In this document: piece by piece, positions 28,430 through 42,200 of the stretch
Position numbering within the stretch: position 1 is the first letter of the stretch
How the letters are laid out: each line of letters opens with the position of its first letter
Origin: the human T2T-CHM13v2.0 reference genome, Homo sapiens
DNA: 64,000 nucleotides
Direction: 5' to 3' (one strand)
Assembly: GCF_009914755.1 (NCBI RefSeq)
Contig: NC_060934.1
Notes under the pieces: model-generated
Database searches by the model: none
What the model was told of the DNA's origin: nothing
What the model saw: the letters and a program-made list of their open reading frames with translations, nothing else
Position numbers and translations under genes: made by a program

Positions 28430-29883
28430 ATGGGAAACACTCAGGCATCAATGGGCTCACCCTTGAAATGCATCCTAAGCCATTGGGACCAATTTGACCC
28501 GCAAACCCTGAAAGAAAGGCAGCTCATTTTTTTCTGCACTATGGCTCGGCCACAATATTATCTCTCTGTTGGGGAAAAATGGCCACCCGAGGGAAGTATA
28601 AGTTACAATACTATCCTGCAGCTTGACTTTTTCTGTAAGAGGGAAGGCAAATGGAGTGAAATACCTTATGTCCAAGCTTTCTTTTCATTGAAGGAGAATC
28701 CACAACTATGCAAAGCTTGCAATTTACATCCCACAGGAGGACCTCTCAGCTTACCTCCATATCCTAGCCTCCCTATAGCTCCCCTTCCTGTTAGTGATAA
28801 ACCTCCTCTAATCTCCCTTGCCCAGAGGGAAATAAGAAAAGAAATATCCAAAGGACCACAAAATCCCCCAGGCTATCGGTTCTGTCCCCTTTAAGTAGGG
28901 GGAGGGGAATTTGGCCCAACGTGGGTACATGTCCCCTTCTCCCTCTCCGATTTAAAGCAGATCAAGGCAGACCTGGGGAACTTTTCAGATGATCCTGATA
29001 GGTATATAGGTGTCCTACAGGGTCTAGGGCAAGCCTTTGATCTTATTAGAAAGATGTCATGCTATTGTTAGATCAAACCCTGGCCTTTAATGAAAAGAAT
29101 GTGGCTTTAGCTGCAGCCTGAGAGTTTGGAGATACCTGATAGCTTAATCAAGTAAATGATAGAATGACAGCTGAAGAAAGGGACAAATTCCCTACTGGTC
29201 AGCAAGCCGTGCCCAGTATGGATCCCCACTGGGACTTCAACTCAGATCCTGGGGACTGGAGTTGTAAACATCTGTTGACCTGTGTTCTAGAAGGACTAAG
29301 GAGAATTAGGAAAAAGCCCATGAATTATTCAATGATGTCCACCATAACTCATGGAAAGGAAGAAAATCCTGCCTTCCTCGAGCAGCTATGGGAGGCCTTA
29401 AGGAAATACACTCCACTGTCAACTGACTCACTAGAGGGTCTATTGATCCTAAAAGATAAGTTTATTACCCGATCAGCCACAGATATCAAAAGAAAGCTCC
29501 AAAAGTGAGCCCTAGGCCCTGAATAAAATCTGGAGGCATTATTAAACCTGGCAACCTTGGTGTTCTATAATAGGGACCAAGAGGAACCGGCCCAAAAGGA
29601 AAAGCGAGATCAGAGAAAGACTGCAGCCTTAGTCATGGCCCTCAGACAAACCTACCTTGCTGGTTCAGAGAGGACAGAAAATGGAGCAGGCCAATCACCC
29701 AGTGGGGCTTGTTACCAGTGTGGCTTGCAAGGACACCTTAAAAAAGGTTGTCCAATGAGAAACAAGCTGCCCCCTCATCCATGTCCACTGTGCAGAGGCA
29801 ATCACTGGAAGGCACACTGCCCCAGAGGGCAAAGGTTCTCTGGGCCAGAAGCCCCCAACCAGATGATCCAACAACAGGACTGA
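28430..29883 (+). pseudogene. HERV9 gag, disrupted
   Basis: MGNTQASMGSPLKCILSHWDQFDPQTLK start, capsid segments and two CCHC knuckles (CYQCGLQGHLKKGC, CPLCRGNHWKAHC), split over several frames with stops. Confidence 0.93.
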
Positions 29884-30310
29884 GGGTGCCTGGGGCAAGT
29901 GCCAGCTCATGTCATCACCCTCACTGAACCCCAGGTACGTTTAACTATTGATGACCAGGAAATTGACTTCCTCCTGGACACTGGCATAGCCTTCTCAGTG
30001 TTAATCTCCTGTCCCAGATGACTGTCCTCAAGGTCCGTTACCATCCAAGGAATCCTGGGAGAGCCTGTAACCAGGTATTTCTCCCACCTCCTCTGTTGTA
30101 ATTGGAAGACTTTGCTACAGATAGTAAGTATGCTTATCTAATCCTACATGCCCATGCTGCAATATGGAAAGAAAGGGAGTTCCTAACCTCTGGGGGAACC
30201 CCCATTAAATACCACAAGGAAATCATGCAGTTATTGCATGCAGTGCAAAAACCCAAGGAAGTGGCAGTCTTATACTGCCGAAGCCATCAAAAAGGGGAAG
30301 GAGAGGGGAG
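29884..30310 (+). pseudogene. HERV9 protease joined directly to an RNase H fragment (RT and integrase not seen)
   Basis: FLLDTG protease motif near 29968-29985, then from about 30115 TDSKYAYLILHAHAAIWKEREFLT (RNase H). Confidence 0.88.
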
Positions 30311-30344
30311 AACAGCAGCATAAGCTGCTGGCAGAGGCAGGGAA

Positions 30345-30620
30345 AGACCAGCAGAAAGGAAAGAGAGAAAGAGACAGAAAGTCAGAGAAAGAGGAAGAAA
30401 CAGAGAGACAAAGAGGAGGAGACAGAGAGAGGAAGAGACAGAGACAAAGAAGAAGTCAAAGAGTGAGAGAGAGGAAGAGACAGAGAGACAGAGAGTCAAA
30501 GAAGTAAAGAGAGGAAGAGACAAAGAGGGAGTCAGAAAGAGAAAGACAGACAAAGAAGAGAGAGACAGACAAGAAGTCAAAGAGAGAGAAAGAGGGAGAT
30601 AGAAGTAGTAAAGAAAAAAC
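30345..30620. repeat. GA-rich purine tract inside the provirus
   Basis: Almost pure A/G run with gagacagaga-type units. Confidence 0.9.
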
Positions 30621-31189
30621 AGTGTACCCTATTCCTTTAAAAGCCAGGGTAAATTTAAAATGTATAATTGATAATTAAGGGTCTTCTCTGTAACCCTATA
30701 ACACTCCAATACCACCTTGTTGTCAGTGTAAACAAGGGTGTAGCCCAAAAGCACTGAGGCTACTGACAACCCATAGCCTTCCTATCAAAAATCCTTAACC
30801 CAGCAGGTTTCCAAACAGGGATCTAAATCTTAATGAATTACCATACAAAGGTCTGACCAGATCTAGGAGGAACTCCCTTCAGGACAGGAGGATAGATGGT
30901 TCCTCCCAGGCAGTTAAGGGAAAAAGACACAATGGGTGTTCAGCAAGTGATAAGGAAACTCTTGTAGAAGCAGAGTTAGGAAAATTTCCCAGTGATTGGT
31001 CTGCTCAAACGTGCGAGTTGTTTGCACTCAGCCAAATCTTAAAGTACTTACAGAATCAGGAAGGAGCTATCTATACCAATTCTAAGTTAATATGGACTGA
31101 ACGAGGTTTTCATTAATAGTAAAGAAAAATTATAATCCCAAACTTACAAGGCTTTCAACTAAAGTTTGCTAAAAGTTAACAGTGTAATA

Positions 31190-31690
31190 TGTATTATCCT
31201 GCTACCACACACTCTTAAAGGAATTCTCAGACAGTTTGCAAGAAATAACGAAATGTATCCTTACTCTACAATCCGAAGTAGACTCTTTGGCAGCAGAGAC
31301 TCTCCTAAACTGCTGAGGCCTAGACCTCCTCACTACTGAGAAAGGAGGACTCTGCACCTTCTTAGGGGAAGAGTGTTGTTTTTACCCTAACCAGTCAGGG
31401 ATAGTAAGAGATGCTGCCAGGCATTTACAGGAAAAGGCTTCTGAAATCAAACAATGCCTTTCAAACTCTTATACCAACCTCTGGAGTTGGGTGACATGGC
31501 TTCTCCACTTTCTAGGTCCGGTAACAGCCATTTTGCAATTACTCACCTTTGGGCCCTGTATTTTTAACCTCCTTGTCAAATTTGTTTCCTCTAGGATCAA
31601 GGCCATCAAGCTATAGATAGTCTTACAAATGGAACCCCAAATGAACTCAACTAACAACTTCTACCGAGGATCCCTGGACTGACCCACTGG
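31190..31690 (+). pseudogene. HERV9 env TM-subunit remnant
   Basis: Reads SLAAETLLNC*GLDLLTTEKGGLCTFLGEECCFY...WLLHFLGP...FGPCIFNLLVKFVSSRI: immunosuppressive domain with a stop, CX6CC motif and TM segment. Confidence 0.9.
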
Positions 31691-31834
31691 CCCTTTCACT
31701 GGCCGAAAGAGTTCCCCTCTGGAGGACACTACAGCTGCAGGGCCCCTTCTTCGCCCCTATCCGGCAGGAAGTAGCTAGAGTGGTCATCGCCCAATTCCTA
31801 ACAGAAGTTGGGGTGTCCTGTTTAGAGGAGGGAT

Positions 31835-32445
31835 TGAGAGGTGAAGCCAGCTGAGCTTCTGGGTCGGATGGGGGCTTGGAGAACTTTTGTGTCTAGCTAA
31901 AGGATTGTAAATTCACCAATCAGCGCTCTGTGTCTAGCTAAAGGATTGTAAACACACCAATCAGCACTTGGTAAAATCGCACCAATCAGCACTCTGTGTC
32001 TAGCTAAAGGATTGTAAATGCACTAATCAGCGCTCTGTAAAATGGACCAATCAGCAGGATGTGGATGGGGCCAAATAAGGGAATAAAAGCTGGCCACCTG
32101 AGCTGGCAGCGGCAACCTGTTTGGGTCCCCTTGCACACTGTGGAAGCTCTGTTTTTTCACTCCTCACAATAAATCTTGCTGCTGCTCACTCTTTGGGTCT
32201 GTACCACCTTTAAGAGCTGTAACACTCACTGAGAAGGTATGTGGCTTCACTCCTGAAGTCAGCGAGACCACGAACCCACCGGAAGGAAGAAACTGCAGAC
32301 ACATCTGAACATCCAAAGGAAGAAACTCTTTGTCTTAAAGACAGACCATCTTTAAGAGCTGTAACACTCACTGTGAAGGTCTGTGGCTTCATTCTTGAAG
32401 TCAGTGAAACCAAGAACCCACTGGAAGGAACAAATTCTGGACACA
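31835..32445 (+). promoter_or_regulatory. 3' LTR (LTR12 family)
   Basis: tgagaggtgaagccagc...ctggacaca, homologous to 26354-26944. Confidence 0.95.
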
Positions 32446-32649
32446 CAAGTTCCTAGGCTTCATCCAAAACATTAAATCAGACTCTTTGAGGTAGAGTAAG
32501 ACACATATTTACAAGCTAGTTATGCAAGTTATGATCCAGGTAAAACACTAATCGATTGTATCCAAAATATAAGTCTTCTATCATTCTGTTGTACAAAATG
32601 AATGAAATCTCTAAAATATTTCTTTAGGAACCAACACAAAGATATTCCA

Positions 32650-33075
32650 TTGTACTAAGTTTGTTTTCTGGAAAACAAACTCTCAGGTAAATTTGCATGT
32701 ATGATGTTTATAAGGGAATTAACTTTTAATTAATTATGAGAGGGGAGTTGAAAAGAAGTACAATCCAGGCAGAGACAACAAGCCCACAGAATATCTTAAA
32801 AGGAATGGCTTCCTGAGTTCTCATGCACTGAGGCTAGATGACTGGGCCTTGATATAACTCTCTCCAGCCCCACTGACCAGCCATTTGATACTATGCTTCC
32901 AGGTGATGAATTTGTGTGAAATGGTTGTCTTTAAATGAAGGGCAATTCCTCAGGAGAGACTCAAGTAATTTTCACTAGCCAGCAACATTCCTAGCATGTG
33001 GGGATGAAGGTAATTGAGAGGGGAGAATTCATTGCCTCAATGGTTACACATGTAACACTTCATAGCACCCACCAC
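32650..33075. mobile_element. Probable ancient ERVL-type solo LTR
   Basis: ctggaaaacaaactctcaggtaaatttgcatgt...tttataaggga resembles LTR16/LTR33-type ends; weak recognition. Confidence 0.4.
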
Positions 33076-33593
33076 ATCTATAAGAGCTAATATATTTTTT
33101 CTGGGAATTTCTTTACTGTCTTTTCTCATTTATCTTTATATATCCCTTACAAGTCAACAAAGAAATACTGCAGTGGTGGTTATAGTGACTACACTGTGGT
33201 TGCTGGCTGTTTTTTTAGTGTTTAAATTAAATAATATTACCCTTAGGAATAAAATGTAAAACCATTTTTTTAAAATTCCCATCAAAATCAACATAACATA
33301 CTGTTTGTGTTAGTAACAGAAATATATTTAACTGCATAGATAATAATGAATAGCAGTCTGGATTTTCAAATAAATTATTTCAAGATGATATTTACTAGGT
33401 TAGATACATGTACCCTAACTCCCACCCATTCACTTCCTAGAAATGTGTTTTAGGTGATGTTATTTAGGTGGTAAAATCAGGTCAATAACTCCTACTGAAT
33501 CCTTAGATATTATGTGTTGTACAGGGAAAAGGTAGTATAGGTAAAACTTGTGTGAGACACACTTTGTTGTTTTAGACTAGACTGTAAGTTCCA

Positions 33594-33925
33594 GCTGTGT
33601 CTGAATGTTTGTGTTTCCCCAAAATACATATGCTGAAATCCTAACCCTCAAGATGGCGGTATTAGAAGGTTGGGAGGTGATTAGGTCATGAGGGGTGTTA
33701 ACAATAGTTCCCTTAATAAATGAAAGGCCTAAGAGAGACCCGTCGCACATTCCACTATTTGAGGACACCACTAACTGTGAGCCAAAAGCAGGACCTCCTC
33801 AGACATCGAATCTACTGGTGCCTTTATCTTAGAATGCCAACCTCCAGAACTGTCAGAAATAAATTTTTAGTTTTATAAATGCCTAGTTTGTGGTATTTTT
33901 TATGGCAGTCGATCAGACTAAGACA
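33594..33925 (+). mobile_element. MLT1A-type MaLR solo LTR
   Basis: ctgaatgtttgtgtttccccaaaa...cctccagaactgtcagaaataaattt...gactaagaca. Confidence 0.88.
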
Positions 33926-35699
33926 AATGTTTACTCTGTTGTGATCAGATAGTTTATATAACTTACCTAACACATAATAGGTACTCTAGTAGGTCGCTCC
34001 TCCTTTGACCTCAGACCTTTCCATTTGAGAAATTTTACAACTTTATTTCAAAATGCATTCCATCTACTTTACAAAGTAAAAATACAAAGGCCTCTTATCA
34101 TGATGTGATTATTAGGCTTTACAAGCCTATATCAAAGTGTTTCATGTACCCCATAAATATATACACCCACACATATTAAAAATTTAAAAAGTGAATGTTA
34201 TACACCTCCCCACTTCCTTTACAAAACTTAGCTCAATTCCATCTGGATAATAAGAAAAATAGGAAACTTTATTGAATAATGAGTCACTTCTATGTGTAAT
34301 TTCCACTGCTAGTATGAGCCTTCAGAAGGGACTGGCTTTAAGAATTGGTACAGTTCTTGACTGAGAGGAACTTCCACCACCTAGCAGATGGGGCAATAGA
34401 TTACAAGGGCAATTATCACTCAGAGAATTGCTGATAAGGTCAAATTACTGCTGTCACTTTATTCTTAATCTCTGTATGCATTTTTTTTTCTAAAAGAAAA
34501 CTGCATATACAATTCTACAGACCAAAAATATTGCAAAAAATATGAGTTTATATGTCCTAAGAGGGTTCCCCAATTATCACAATTGTTTCAAATGGAAACA
34601 ATTTCATATCCCATATGTACATATATATAAAAATATATTTATGTATGTGTATATATATGCATATGTATGCACACACATACACATTTCTCTGCAGATGTTA
34701 GTATGTGGAAATGTATTGCTATATAATAGGGACAATAATTAGAACTCAAAATCTAGAGTAATGCAACTGAAAGTCATATCATGCATGTATTACAAGTAAG
34801 ATACTCTGCAATGTATACAAGAGAATGTAATTTTTAAGGACCAAATGTGTGTTATTAATCAGGTATACACTCTGTAAACACTACGTGGTATAAAATTGCT
34901 TCTCAACACAGGAAATATTTATAACCTAAGTATACAGTCCAAGAAGTACTTTATTTCTGACACTTCATACCAAAGCAACCAGACTGACAAATAAGCATTC
35001 TGAGTAAAAGCAGTGTTTTAAATAACTTTTGAACCCAATGCATGCATGCAAGGCTGATAAATGCAAACCCTTTTACATAATACTCAAATCATATTAAAGA
35101 GATGCTTCTTGACAGAGATACACTTAAACCATTCTACATTTCTCCTTTTTGTTCTCCTGTGTGAAAATGTCACCTTAAAAGCAATTTTTTAAGAAACAAG
35201 TGCTGTTTCATTTCATGTCTTCAGATACATTGTCTGCCCATGTTTTAGCGATTAGGAATTTAGAGGTTTTTGGATGTTTATTACAACTCTTTGACTTATC
35301 AGTATAAATATTTATCATACCAATAATATTTATTCTTTGATTATCTTGACATGGCAAGGTTTTTTCAATTTTATTTAAAAGAGCCAGCTGTTTTGTATCT
35401 TATTTACTCACCTATATCATTGTTTCCCGTTAAATTAACACTGGCATAAGCCAGCTGCAAGTTGCAAGGAAATCGCACTGAAAACAGAGCTACTATAAAT
35501 TGTATTCGCCTCTATATACCAACAAAAACAAATAAAACTTTTTTATTAATCTCTATGACTTTGTTGTTGTTTAAAGCAAATCTACATTAGGAAGAGTTGT
35601 CAGGAAATTTGGGAAGTTATATTGTTTCCTGAAACCTGATATTGATTGATGAGAGTATACCAATGATTGCAAGTTCTGAGAAAAGAGTTTTACACAAAA

Positions 35700-37340
35700 T
35701 GAACAGCAAAAGCTTGGGCATGAGAACAAACTTAGAATGTCCAAGGGATAGGAAAAAACGTCCTGGCAGCAGAGCAGCAGATAGGCAGGAATTGAATCAT
35801 GTGTACTTTGGTAAGCCATACACGGGCATTGAGAATTTTATTCTTACCACAGTTGGAAGTCACTGGAATATTTTAAGCAAGAGAGTAACTTGAACTGATT
35901 TATGCTTTTAAAAGATTACCCTGATTGGCTGTGTGAAAAATAAGCCATAGGGAGCAAAAGTAGAAACAGGGACAGGAGATGACAGTGGCTTATGTATAAG
36001 ATTTCTTCTAAGGATCTTGAAAGCATCATGAACTAACATCACTTGGGAAGTAGATAAATTCATTGCTGTGTCCATAGTCTGTTTATTTCCCTTTTTTTTT
36101 GTATGTATTTGCAGAATATGTTAGTAAACAAAGTGAAATTCAAGGAAATCACTATTAGGGCTGCCTACAAATCAAGTCAGTTTAGAGCTATTATAGTTGA
36201 GTAGTAATATTCTTTCAGAAAAAATCTTAATCATAAAGCCCAACACTTATACTATGGCTTCTTAAAAGTGAAGCTGCAAAACTGCTTGTGAACAATCTTA
36301 CAGCTATTTTTATAACTTTTTAAAGTGTTATGTACATAATTTCTTTTCTGATGACCTCATTGAATTCTAAACCATCTTTTAGCCACACATAAGCCCCAAC
36401 AGTTAAAACTATTAAAATGCATTAGCATGTCCTTCATTATTTGTTTTAATCAAGAAGAACTGAAATAAGGAATATGTAACATAAATTTAGTTTTGCTAAC
36501 GAACACATCAGAGAGAAATATATCTCCTTAGAGAGGAATATATTTTATCTAGGTATTTTTTTTAAACAGTGAAGCACTTTTTAAAAAAGTAATACTGTAC
36601 ACAGAATTCCAAAATATAAAACAGACAAATAAATTAAGGTACCTTTATACAAAGTCATTCTATGCAGCTATTATAAAAAGTAAAATATATATGCATTGAT
36701 AGGGAAGTTTTAATTTATTCCATATAAGTAAATATTAATTGAGCATTTTATATTTGAGCCATCATCCTAACAGTTTGTGATAAGATAGCAAATGATATAG
36801 GGAAAGTCTCTGTTTTCAGATGTTTTTATATTTTGAAGGAAGTAGACAAATATTAATCAATTAAGTGAATATGCAAGAAATTTCCACATAGTAAACTAAT
36901 CTGCAGAAAACAAAGTCATGAATTATCTAATTCTTGAGGGAACCTATTACAGACTGTGTTATTAGGGAAGCCTTTTTTAAGGAGGCATATATGAGGGAAA
37001 ATCTAAATAACTAAAGGAGCCAGCCATAGGAAAATAGCAGAAGAGAATATTCTGGAAAAAAAAAATGGCACACAAAGACATTTCACCTCAGCCAAAGAAT
37101 ATGGGATGATAAAGGACAGAAAAAAGACCAGGAAGTAGGAGGAAGAGAGGTAGTAGAAGCAGATGGGATGAGGCAAATGAGACAAGATAGTGTAGGACCT
37201 TACAGGTCATGGTAGAGGAAGACACTTAGATATGATTACTTAATAAGAAGCTATCATAGCACTGAAGCATGGAAGAGATGTGATCTAATGTCTATTTTTC
37301 AATGCCATTCTGACCAGATTTCGGGCAAACCTGGTAGACA
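35700..37340 (-). mobile_element. L2 fragments (about 35700-35995 and 36730-37340)
   Basis: ttggaagtcactggaatattttaagcaagagagtaac...gatttatgcttttaaaagattaccctg, and attaattgagcatttta... Confidence 0.65.
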
Positions 37341-37500
37341 CCCATAGTAAGACTCCAGGAAAAAAAAAATTTGATGGTTTGATTATATATTTGCTTTAAA
37401 CATTTGGCTTTTCAGCTGCCTTGCATCCATTTCCCTTTAACAATTTATCTGTTTTTAAATTAATGACCTTTTCTATTAGACACACTTTCATCAGGGGCCC

Positions 37501-37927
37501 TGTATTGATTGGTATCTTCCAGAGAAACAGAACCAATAAAATGTGTGCGTATGTATGTATATGTGTATGTTTCTCAGAGAGAGAGAGCGAGAGAAAGATA
37601 ATTTAAGGAACTGGCTCATGTGATTGTGGAGTTGGGCAAGTTCAAAATCTGTAGGACAGGCCAGCAGGCTGGAGACATAGGGAGGAATTGTCATAGTTTG
37701 TGTCCAAAAATAGTTTGCCAGAATCCTCAGTTTTTTGAGGGAGGTCAGTCTTTTTACTTAAAGCCTTCAACTGACTGGATGCAGCCAACCGATATCATAG
37801 ATCCAAAGTCCAGTGATTTAATGTTAATATCATCTGAAAGCATACCTTCACATCAATATCTAGATATATTTGACAGATATCTGGGTACCATGTCTTAGCC
37901 AAGTTAATGCATAAAATTAACTATCCC
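37501..37927 (-). mobile_element. MLT2-type ERVL solo LTR
   Basis: ccagagaaacagaaccaata...aaggaactggctcatgtgattgtgga...gccaagttaatgcataaaattaactatc. Confidence 0.88.
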
Positions 37928-38224
37928 AGGCTCCATTCCCTCTGGTCAAAGGGCAAGCATGTGATTCAAGCTAGGTCAATCAGTTGCTCTCTCCCTCAAA
38001 TTTGCACTGGGTTAAAAAGACAAAGAATTACATCCTGTCTATACAGTCATGCCAAATCACATGATCCATCTCCAACCCCTAAAACACATAGGTATGGCTT
38101 TTGTTCTCAACCTTCAGCTCCTAATTCCTTTAAAAAGTTACCAGTATATTCTGTGAGGCCACAGTGAATCTTCTAATAGTTTACTTTTATGTAGGCCAGA
38201 GTCATTTGGCTTGTTTGAAATTAA

Positions 38225-38312
<88 letters not shown>
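38225..38312. repeat. Compound microsatellite (AT)8(GT)14(AT)22
   Basis: Counted directly. Confidence 0.97.
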
Positions 38313-38318
<6 letters not shown>

Positions 38319-39074
38319 GCTTCAGTCAGGCTCCAGGTACTTGGAAAGACATTCATCAAATTAATAATGGTTATCCTGGGGACTGGGCTTTGAGGATTGA
38401 GGATTTCTGATTTTTAATATGTGTCTAATCTTTTTAAATGTTTCAGTATAATTTATAATTAGCAGCCAATTATTTTATAATTAAAGTAAATCCTGAAAAA
38501 CTTTCTACATTAGTGTGTGGAAAAACAGCACAATTGCCAAATTTATAGGGCGAAGAAGTCCTATGTTTACCTAGAGGGGAAACTCTGAACCACCACAGCC
38601 CAACAGGAGGCTCTGTGGGACAATTTGGAAAACATTACCATAATCTATTGTTTTTATATTTATTTAGAAAAGAAACAAAGGGAGCAAGATACCTCCCCGT
38701 CTGACATTTAAAATTTGATTCACTGATATATTTTGGCTCACAGTATCACCTTGTGGCATTTGGCATCTGCTGCTCCCCCTCCCCAAAGTCATAATATACT
38801 GCATAATTAATTCAGCACAAGTAGTGACAATGCCAACTCTGTTTATTTAAAAAGATACCTCGACTGTTCTTTTGAATAAATAGATTGCATTCCTTTAAAA
38901 ATCCAAAATAATACTGAATTAATTAGAAGTAGTGCAATCAGAATAAATTAGGTCCTATCTACATACAACTCAGTTTTAAAGCTAGAAATTCAAATTAATA
39001 ACTAATTTGAATTAGCTACTTCTTCCCATGTGTCTCTGAGTAAACACCAAGCAGACGAAAAATTTCCATTGCCA

Positions 39075-39300
39075 ATAATAATAGTAACAATAGCAAATAT
39101 TGTTAAACTCTTACTATTTGCTGGTAACTAGTTAAGCATGCTTCATAAATCTTCTTTTATAGTAGTCATGAAAACCACATATCTGAGCTATTACCTTCAT
39201 TTTGTGGATGACAAGTTCAAACTGAGTTTTAGAGACAGTAAGCAACATACCCAACATCACACAAGATTTAAATTCAGACTCTGAGTGCTTACAAACTATC
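39075..39300 (-). mobile_element. MIR SINE
   Basis: cattttgtggatga...aactgagtttt...aagcaacatacccaacatcacac. Confidence 0.65.
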
Positions 39301-39799
39301 TTACGCTGTGATGGTAAACATCTTTGCAAATTTTCCCTCATAATTGAGTAAGCCATCAGAGTTTCAGAATAAATGTGTAGGAAAACTTATAAACATCAGG
39401 GACAAGCTTAAGGACTTGACATCTTTTACTTTTGTGTGTGTTTCATAGAAAAAAATAGCTCAAAGGTTAATTTAAAGTAATACTTTGAACAAACTCCTTA
39501 ACAAGAAGAGTTAGACTTCATACTTGTTATTCAGCAGAATAGTGACTTTGTTCATACAACTAAACTAACGAACTCAATTCCTCCTTTCGACTGTTTCTTT
39601 TTTTTGCCTCCTTAATAGTTATTTTATACCTGTTTCTTATTATTTATTTATTCCACTAAAAATTTCAATGTCTTCACATTATCTATAATTGGTGCTATGG
39701 TATATTACAGTTGAATATAGTTGAACCTGTTCAAATACATTTTGACCAATGATAAGGAGAACCAAGGATTCCTTTGCTTTCATATTACTTCACACATGA

Positions 39800-39975
39800 C
39801 TTTTTAAAAAATTTACTTTAATTTCTGGGTTACATGTGCAGAACGTGCAGGTTTGTAACATAGGTATACACATGCCATGGTGGTTTGCTGCACCCATCAA
39901 CCCATAATCTACATTAGGTATTTCTCCTAATGCTATCCCTCCCCTATTCCCCGACCCCCAGACAGGCCCCCATGT
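39800..39975 (-). mobile_element. Short L1PA 3' end fragment
   Basis: tacatgtgcagaacgtgcaggtttg...ctaatgctatccctcccc. Confidence 0.9.
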
Positions 39976-40299
39976 CACACACCACTTTTAGAATCACAAT
40001 ACAATTTCACATTCAGGACAATACTTGCTGAATTTTAGTTTGTGTTTGTGTGCGATTGTTGATGGGAAGAACAAAATGGCAGTCACATCATATGTTGACT
40101 CTAGATGTGTTATTTATCATTTGTTTCTTCAAAATATTTTGACAAACGATCTTCGCATTAAAAGGCTGTGGGCAGTTTGGGAGCTACCACCTGTTTCCCT
40201 CTTCATTGATCACTTTGCTGGCCCCAAAACATATCCACAGAAAAAATTTTGAAAGTGATTGGCCAAGGGACTCAGTGAGGATATACTTTAATATTTAGA

Positions 40300-40398
40300 A
40301 CACTATTAAAAACAAAAGGAGACATTATTAACAATATGCTGGGACAAGAATTATAACCTGGGACTTTCTATGGCAAATGGGATATATGATTACTTGAT
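40300..40398 (-). mobile_element. MER94-like hAT fragment
   Basis: attattaacaatatgctgggacaa...aacctgggact...ggcaaatgggatatatg resembles the reverse of recalled MER94. Confidence 0.55.
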
Positions 40399-40479
40399 CT
40401 AGACTGTATAAAATAAATAATATATTTGGATAATCTACAATTACAATAAGTATTTATACACACAAACATATATATACGT

Positions 40480-40482
<3 letters not shown>

Positions 40483-40515
<33 letters not shown>
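40483..40515. repeat. (CA)n microsatellite
   Basis: Perfect CA run. Confidence 0.95.
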
Positions 40516-40518
<3 letters not shown>

Positions 40519-40653
40519 TCACATATGTACCTTTACAACCAATATACTTTAATTGAGACTGAGAGGACAAGAGCCATGATTATTCATATTTATATTCAAT
40601 GACTTATTACATAATAAACATATTTTGAAAATTTGATGAGTTAATTCAATTCA

Positions 40654-40971
<318 letters not shown>

Positions 40972-41239
40972 TACTGTATATCTGCTATGTGAAGCCAATG
41001 GGTTTCAAGTTAGGATATAATGACAAAGAAGTTTAAAGAATTCATAGCGTAGTGAAAGAAAAACATTCATAGTAAATGAACACACTGTAATGAAGAGTTT
41101 AATATTTATAGTAGGAATAAATGGGATCACAAAGAGAAACTATTAGTTTTGAGGATCTATCATTTTAGGTTAACTGATATGAACCTTCAATAACAAATAT
41201 GTGCTTAACATATGAAACAGAGAGAAAGTAGGGTAATTC

Positions 41240-42200
41240 TCAGAGTTGTTCAGGGTCATATGTGATGTTCTGTGTGCCTAGACAAGTTGTACTATGTGTG
41301 TTAGAAGAGATGAGACTGGAAAGTGGTCAGATATAAGTTACTTTGAATGATAAGATAAAAGCCGTGGAATTCATTTGGTGTATGATGGAAAACACTGAAC
41401 CTTTTTAAACACCAAAAAATCAGATCAGCATTGTATTGAAAAACAAAAACAAAAACAACTTTGGCTTTATTGTGATGGTGGTTAGAGGAGTGAGAGACTG
41501 GAGGCCGGATGCCGAGTTTAGAGTATGTCTTTAAATAGATGTTCTGACAGTGTAAATAGACAGGTGTCAAACAGATTTGAGTAAGAGTATATAGGTAATG
41601 CAGAAAATGGCTTTGGAGATTGATTGAGTTTGGAACGGAGGTCATTGAAGTCTAGGTTCAAATCAATAATGACCACAGGAGTAACAATACATAGTAAGTA
41701 TGGATACATTAGAATTGGATAGAAAGAATAATGAGGCATCTGCCAGAAACACAGTTAAAAATATCCAGAAAAAGACGAGAAATTCAAACTTGGAACTCAA
41801 GACAGATTTCAAGTTAGAAGACTTATCTACAACAAATACATAATCCCTATTTGAGGAAAAATAGAACTCTATATAGGTTTGCTCAACTCAATCTTAGTAA
41901 AACAATAAGGGAGAAAAAAAGAATTACAAAAGAGAGAAGCCTTGGAACTCTTTAAAATTTAATCATAATTTTAAAATAAATTTCAAAATAAATAAAAGTG
42001 ATCAAAGATTTAAGAGGCAAAATCCAAGGCCACCAAGGGAATGAGAAAAAACGGTACTTCCATAAAAAAGCAAGAGAGGAGAGATTTCCCAGACTGTAAT
42101 ATATTTAATGTGAGGCTATGCCAAGAAGAAATGATAAGTGTTGTAGATCACTGAAAATCATCATTACTTTTCTGATAACTGAGAAAGCTTCCCCGGAGGG
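41240..42200 (-). mobile_element. Degraded L2 fragments
   Basis: atgatggaaaacactgaacctttttaaac...agatcagcattgtatt...; aaggccaccaagggaatgag. Confidence 0.55.

Noticed and set aside
31190-31690. Syncytin-like co-opted env
   Set aside because: Only TM remains, with a stop inside the immunosuppressive domain and no SU or signal peptide.
38138-38393. ORFs with YIYI/CVCV/THTH runs
   Set aside because: Translations of the compound microsatellite.
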